A stretch of DNA of 45,933 nt, taken from contig CAZDLE010000001.1 in NCBI GenBank assembly GCA_964506035.1, positions 109 to 46,041 on the forward strand. The letters are read 5' to 3'. Below the pieces are notes generated by a model. That model ran no database searches. It was not told the DNA's origin and was given only the letters and a program-made list of their open reading frames with translations. Shown piece after piece: positions 41,572 through 45,933 of the stretch; the first letter of the stretch is position 1, and each line of letters starts with the position of its first letter. Both the position numbers and the translations under genes were made by a program. The DNA is from an uncultured Oscillospiraceae bacterium. GTDB lineage: Bacteria; Bacillota; Clostridia; Christensenellales; CAG-314.

Positions 41572-41650
41572 ATAGATGTTTGATTATTGCGCCAACTTGC
41601 AAAAAGTCAAATAGATGTTTGATTGTTGCGCCAACTTGCAAAAAAGTCAA
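41572..41650. repeat. Near-perfect 39/40-bp tandem duplication
   Basis: ATAGATGTTTGATT(A/G)TTGCGCCAACTTGCAAAAA(A)GTCAA x2. Confidence 0.9.
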
Positions 41651-41808
41651 TTTGTAGCACGTTAGAAATTACAGTTTTAGCCTTTCGTCGCATTTGGGCA
41701 TATAGTTAACACGCAAATAAAACTCGTCAAATAGTGCAAAACTGATATCTAAGCAACACAAAAGTCGATATTAAAGCTCAAGTTGTCCAAAACCGTTGCA
41801 AATTTCAA

Positions 41809-43497
41809 CTAATCGTCGGCTCCGCCAAGCATTTCCATTTTGTCTTTGGGCTGCTCCGGTTTGCTGTCGCCGTGTTTAACAAACAACATGGTAACAAATG
41901 CCAATCCCACAAATATTGCCGCATAGGGGAACAGTATCGACATGGTGCCAAAGGTGTCCATCAAAAAGCCGGAAAGTATCGGGGTGATAACCTGTGCAGC
42001 CATGCTTGCCGTGTAGTAGTAACCCGTGTATTTGCCGATGGTCGAGCCTTGTGCAAGTTCCACAACCATAGGGTAGCTGTTTACGTTGATTGTTGCCCAA
42101 GCAACGCCTGCCAATGCAAACAGCACAGTCATCAAAATATCAGGGGAAGATTTTGTGATAAACATTGCGCCGAAAAATGCCGTAAACAACATTCCAACGC
42201 CAATCATGATTGTCTTTTTTCTGCCCAGCTTGCTTGCAACCACGCCAACGGGAATGTAGGCGATTATCGCAGCAGCCTGTGCAATAAGCATCGTGGAGTT
42301 GTAGTCCTTGTTCAAAACGTTAACGGCGTACACGCTGTATTTGCTGGTAACGGCATTGTAGCCCGTAAACCACAGCGCAACGGATGCCAAAATAAATATA
42401 AGCGATACCAATTTTGCTTTGGGAAGTTTTGTTGGAGCGTTTTCCGTTTCTTGTGGTTGCTCGTCCGCTTTGGATGGTTCTTCCTCATCCAGTTGCGTTT
42501 GCATTTCCAACATTTCGGCGTTCCATTTCTTTTCCTTTACGGTAAGAATAAACACAGCTAGTGCAATCAGCATAATTCCGCAAACTGTTGCAATATACCA
42601 ACGATAGTCCATCATTTGATTTTTAACACTGCCCGTGCCAAAAATCATGCCCAACAGCAACACGAGTATGCCACCCGCCGTACCCATCAAATTGATGATG
42701 GCGTTTGCCTTGCTACGCAACGGTTTTACGGTAACGTCCGGCATCAACGCTACCGCCGGCGAACGGAACGTTGCCATGCTAATTAGCGTCATCAACAGCA
42801 ACACGATAAAGATAACCAAAACAAACACATTACTTTGCGCAACACCACGCGCAAATTGACTTTCCGGACCGGATATCAACGTCGAGTAGGTGTTGGTAGT
42901 GCGTGCGCCTTCGGGGATATTTTCCGTGATGTAGGTGTTTTCCGCAACGTCGTAGGCGTATTTGTAGTCGTAGTCGATACCTTCGTACCAAGCTTGCAAA
43001 TCTGCCTTTTCGGTATCCGTCAAATCGTTGTAGTCTTTGTTGTAGCGGATGCGTGCAGTGTAGTCGGCAAGGGTGTAGCTTCCGGGAACTTTATTGTTGG
43101 TGATGGAGTGGTACTCGCGGTTTTCCAAAACGTACTCGTCCTTTTGTTGCCAGTAGGTAGCGTTGGTAACGTTTTCCGCCTTTATTTTTTGTAGTTGTGC
43201 CGCATCCACACAAGACAATCCCACAAAACATACCACGGCAAGAATTGTACCAATCACGATAAAGGGCGTGCGTTTTCCGTATTTTGTGTTGGTTTTGTCC
43301 GACAACGAACCGAACAGTGGCAACATAAACAGCGCCAAGATATTGTCTAACGACATGATAAATCCCGACCAAGTTTGATCAAGACCAAATTTGTTGGTTA
43401 GCATCAGGGGGATTATTGCATCGTATGCCTGCCAAAACACGCAAATAAGAAAAAATGCAAATCCCACCAACAACGTGCGTTTGTTGTTTAGTTTCAT
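41809..43497 (-). CDS. MFS sugar transporter (maltose/sucrose-type, SLC45-like) with a large hydrophilic insertion
   Basis: GSLSDKTNTKYGKRTPFI, FRSPAVALMPD, ASKLGRKK, GKYTGYYY; about 12 TM segments. Confidence 0.88.
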   Translation of the reverse strand: MKLNNKRTLLVGFAFFLICVFWQAYDAIIPLMLTNKFGLDQTWSGFIMSLDNILALFMLPLFGSLSDKTNTKYGKRTPFIVIGTILAVVCFVGLSCVDAAQLQKIKAENVTNATYWQQKDEYVLENREYHSITNNKVPGSYTLADYTARIRYNKDYNDLTDTEKADLQAWYEGIDYDYKYAYDVAENTYITENIPEGARTTNTYSTLISGPESQFARGVAQSNVFVLVIFIVLLLMTLISMATFRSPAVALMPDVTVKPLRSKANAIINLMGTAGGILVLLLGMIFGTGSVKNQMMDYRWYIATVCGIMLIALAVFILTVKEKKWNAEMLEMQTQLDEEEPSKADEQPQETENAPTKLPKAKLVSLIFILASVALWFTGYNAVTSKYSVYAVNVLNKDYNSTMLIAQAAAIIAYIPVGVVASKLGRKKTIMIGVGMLFTAFFGAMFITKSSPDILMTVLFALAGVAWATINVNSYPMVVELAQGSTIGKYTGYYYTASMAAQVITPILSGFLMDTFGTMSILFPYAAIFVGLAFVTMLFVKHGDSKPEQPKDKMEMLGGADD

Positions 43498-43801
43498 TTT
43501 TCATTCCTTCGACAAAAACACAAAATTTGGTTGACGTTGTAGTGCGTGATAGTTGCTGTGATAAAACCTGTTGTCACAAACAATCTACAACGTTTTTTGT
43601 ATTGACACCAACAACTTGTATCCGTCTGTTGAGACGTCCGTTTTAACGGATTTTACTGCAAACACCTTCGTGCAATAACCGTTCGATACCCGTTTCTTTC
43701 TGCAAACAATCGTTTTTTTGCGTCTTGCCTTTGTTGAGATATTTGCCCCAAGTGGAGCATTGCGCCGTAGCGGTTGTAAAACAAACGATCACAGCATATT
43801 T

Positions 43802-43830
43802 ATTATAAAGGAAAAAATATCAAAAGTAAA
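43802..43830 (-). promoter_or_regulatory. sigmaA-type promoter of the MFS gene
   Basis: Minus strand TTTACT-17 nt-TATAAT. Confidence 0.55.
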
Positions 43831-44054
43831 TACCCCAATTTTGAAAGGGACAACATTTTTTTCACTTTTGTTAAACGTTTTGCTATACGTTGGAGCATCC
43901 GTGTTTTATTTTGCTCTCAAAACGCACTTTGGAAGATTTTATACCAAGCAAAAGGATGCCAAAGCGTCAAGGAACACTATATCAAAAGCAAAAACATATT
44001 AGATGACTTACGGATACGTCGTAAAAAGTCCAAACAAAGCAAAAAGGTAGAGTT

Positions 44055-45179
44055 ATGTCGAAGATAAAAGTCGTAAAGCCGAAAAGTAAAAATTGTCCGC
44101 GCAAAAAGGACGGTGCACGCATAATTTCGCCAAGTATCGTTGCTCAAGCGGTGGTGGTGTTGGCGGTGCTGGGCACAATCTTGTTTTGTATACCCAATTT
44201 GCCCCCAAAACCAACTGCGGAGGTTGCCGACGGCTACCAAGGTGTTGTCAATTTATGGCTTGTTGATACCTTCGAAGGGGGCAGTGGCAGTCGTCAAAAC
44301 TGGTTTACCAAGCGCGCGGCTCACTTCGAGCAACAACACAAAGGGCTGTTTGTGTGCACAACCGTCCTTACGGAAAATCAACTTGCCGAAAAACTATCCC
44401 AAGGGCAAAATTTTGATATGATTTGCTTTGCTCGTGGGGTTGGCGTAACCGTTTTGGACAAACTTGCTCCGCTAAACGTCGATTTTGGCAACGTTTTGGA
44501 TAACTTTGCGCAAAGCGGAAGGGTTGGTGCAACAACCTACGCAATTCCTGTGTATGCCGGCGCATATTGTTTGTTTGCACGAAAAAGTCAGCAACAGGGT
44601 GATTTGCTTTCAAATTGTCTTACAACAACGTATGCACGAAAAATCGGCAAAAACGTTGTACGTCTTGCTCCTTTGGTGTGCGGATTTACCCCCTACAACA
44701 GTCCGCTCACCGCCCTTGCAATGGCAAACGTCAAGGGGGATTTTTCTCCTAACTACACAACAACGCAGTACGTTGCCTACCAACAATTTGTAGATAACAA
44801 AACGGCGGTAACGCTACTTGGCACCCAACGAGATATGTACCGACTTGGCAAAAAATTGGAAACGGGCAAAATAGACGACCTTCTTTTTGCACCCCTTTGT
44901 GCCTACACCGACCTTGTAACCTACGTTGGCGTAAGTCGTAATTCGCAAAATATGCAACCATGTTTACAATTTGTGCAGTATCTTGTTAGCGACGCCGTAC
45001 AGCAAACGGTGGTAGATATTTTCATGTTTAGCGTGACGAACCAAAATTTGTACACCAAGCAGTGGTACGATTTGTGTCAAAACCAACTGCACACCGCCCA
45101 CGTTCCCAACGTTTTTGGCGATAGTTCCACGTTGGAAAACTCTCGTAACACGGCACTAAAAACCCTTTCGCAAAAATAG
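44055..45179 (+). CDS. Membrane-anchored extracellular solute-binding-like protein (orphan, no ABC permease adjacent)
   Basis: N-terminal TM anchor, VNLWLVDTFEGGSGSR, YAIPVY, FVQYLVSDAVQ patterns. Confidence 0.6.
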   Translation: MSKIKVVKPKSKNCPRKKDGARIISPSIVAQAVVVLAVLGTILFCIPNLPPKPTAEVADGYQGVVNLWLVDTFEGGSGSRQNWFTKRAAHFEQQHKGLFVCTTVLTENQLAEKLSQGQNFDMICFARGVGVTVLDKLAPLNVDFGNVLDNFAQSGRVGATTYAIPVYAGAYCLFARKSQQQGDLLSNCLTTTYARKIGKNVVRLAPLVCGFTPYNSPLTALAMANVKGDFSPNYTTTQYVAYQQFVDNKTAVTLLGTQRDMYRLGKKLETGKIDDLLFAPLCAYTDLVTYVGVSRNSQNMQPCLQFVQYLVSDAVQQTVVDIFMFSVTNQNLYTKQWYDLCQNQLHTAHVPNVFGDSSTLENSRNTALKTLSQK

Positions 45180-45302
45180 ATAATTGTAAAACAACAATTT
45201 GTAAAGTAAGATACTTGCACAAGCGTGACTTGGTGAGACGCAACCTATTAAAAGACGGTAAAAGTTTTTACGTTTGACACTTGTACTGCGTGTTGATTTG
45301 TC

Positions 45303-45327
45303 GTAGGGCGTGGGCTCGCTGCCGCCG
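45303..45327 (+). repeat. Degenerate GTAG-type REP-like element
   Basis: GTAGGGCGTGGGCTCGCTGCCGCCG. Confidence 0.45.
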
Positions 45328-45481
45328 ATACTGCCACCAACACGAACTAATTGCTTATCGCAAATAGTGCCGACGCAAAAAGTCTTCCAATGTTACAAAA
45401 AATCGCATACGTACGTCAAATTTTGCGACATAATTGTGTGTTTTTCGTGTAATAGACAGTTCAAAATGGACAAAAACAACT

Positions 45482-45933
45482 ATGAATACCAAAAAAATCA
45501 TATCAAAAATGAAAAAATTGCAGGTGCCTATACGCACCGACTGCACCTTTAGCAGGTTGACAACTTTTGGTGTTGGCGGTACAATTGAAGTAACAACTTT
45601 TCCCAAAAGCACCCATCAACTTGTGCGTGTGGTAAAGTATCTGCAGCGGCACAAAATCCCCTTTTACGTTATTGGCAAGGGTAGTAACGTTTTGGCAGGC
45701 GATGGTCACTTCAACGGTGTGGTTATCTGCACAAAAAATCTGCGTCAAGTGCAAATTGACGGAGTTTTCGTCACTGCGCAATGCGGAGCGTCGACGTCAA
45801 AAGTGGCGCAGTTGTGTGTGGCAAAAGGGCTGGGCGGTTGCGAGTTTTTTGGATGTTTGCCGGCAAGCGTGGGTGGTGTTGTGTGTTGCAACGCCGGATG
45901 TTTTGGGCAGTGTGTAGCGGACGTAATCCACAG
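45482..45933 (+). CDS. murB: UDP-N-acetylmuramate dehydrogenase, 3'-truncated by the window (not in the ORF track)
   Basis: Manual translation: MNTKKII...LTTFGVGG...IGKGSNVL...GLGGCEFFGCLPASVGGVVCCNAGCFG. No stop before the window end. Confidence 0.9.
   Translation, partial: MNTKKIISKMKKLQVPIRTDCTFSRLTTFGVGGTIEVTTFPKSTHQLVRVVKYLQRHKIPFYVIGKGSNVLAGDGHFNGVVICTKNLRQVQIDGVFVTAQCGASTSKVAQLCVAKGLGGCEFFGCLPASVGGVVCCNAGCFGQCVADVIH

Noticed and set aside
44003-44050. 15-aa ORF MTYGYVVKSPNKAKR just before the SBP-like gene
   Set aside because: Too short, with no RBS and no attenuator structure; cannot be distinguished from chance.

Overview
Chromosomal window from a spore-forming Clostridia-type (Firmicutes) bacterium, judged from spmAB, spoIIE, sigmaA-type promoters and ECF components. 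It is mostly housekeeping: a glycerol operon with glpK, recF, gyrB, gyrA, argS, queH, a TatD-associated radical SAM gene, tatD, metG, proS, pdxK and a partial murB. It also holds a sporulation block, a cobalamin-riboswitch-controlled uptake module, an M6-like lipoprotein metalloprotease and an extracytoplasmic flavinylation cluster. No transposase, integrase, cas, rRNA or tRNA genes were recognised. Most notable: (1) an exact 36-bp direct repeat flanking a 30-bp, 67% GC insert in the terminator after the FMN-binding lipoprotein gene; this matches type II CRISPR repeat/spacer geometry in native non-CRISPR DNA and is a candidate natural off-target Cas1-Cas2 integration; (2) an ApbE flavin transferase fused through a TM hairpin to a NusG-II/EetA-like domain, between its probable substrate and an EetB-like gene; (3) a degenerate 16-bp palindromic tandem array in the gyrB leader, next to an inverted recF; (4) a stand-alone GlmU acetyltransferase half; (5) a small Cys/Asn-rich protein behind a sigmaK-like promoter. 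All family calls come from recognising motifs by eye, not from database searches.
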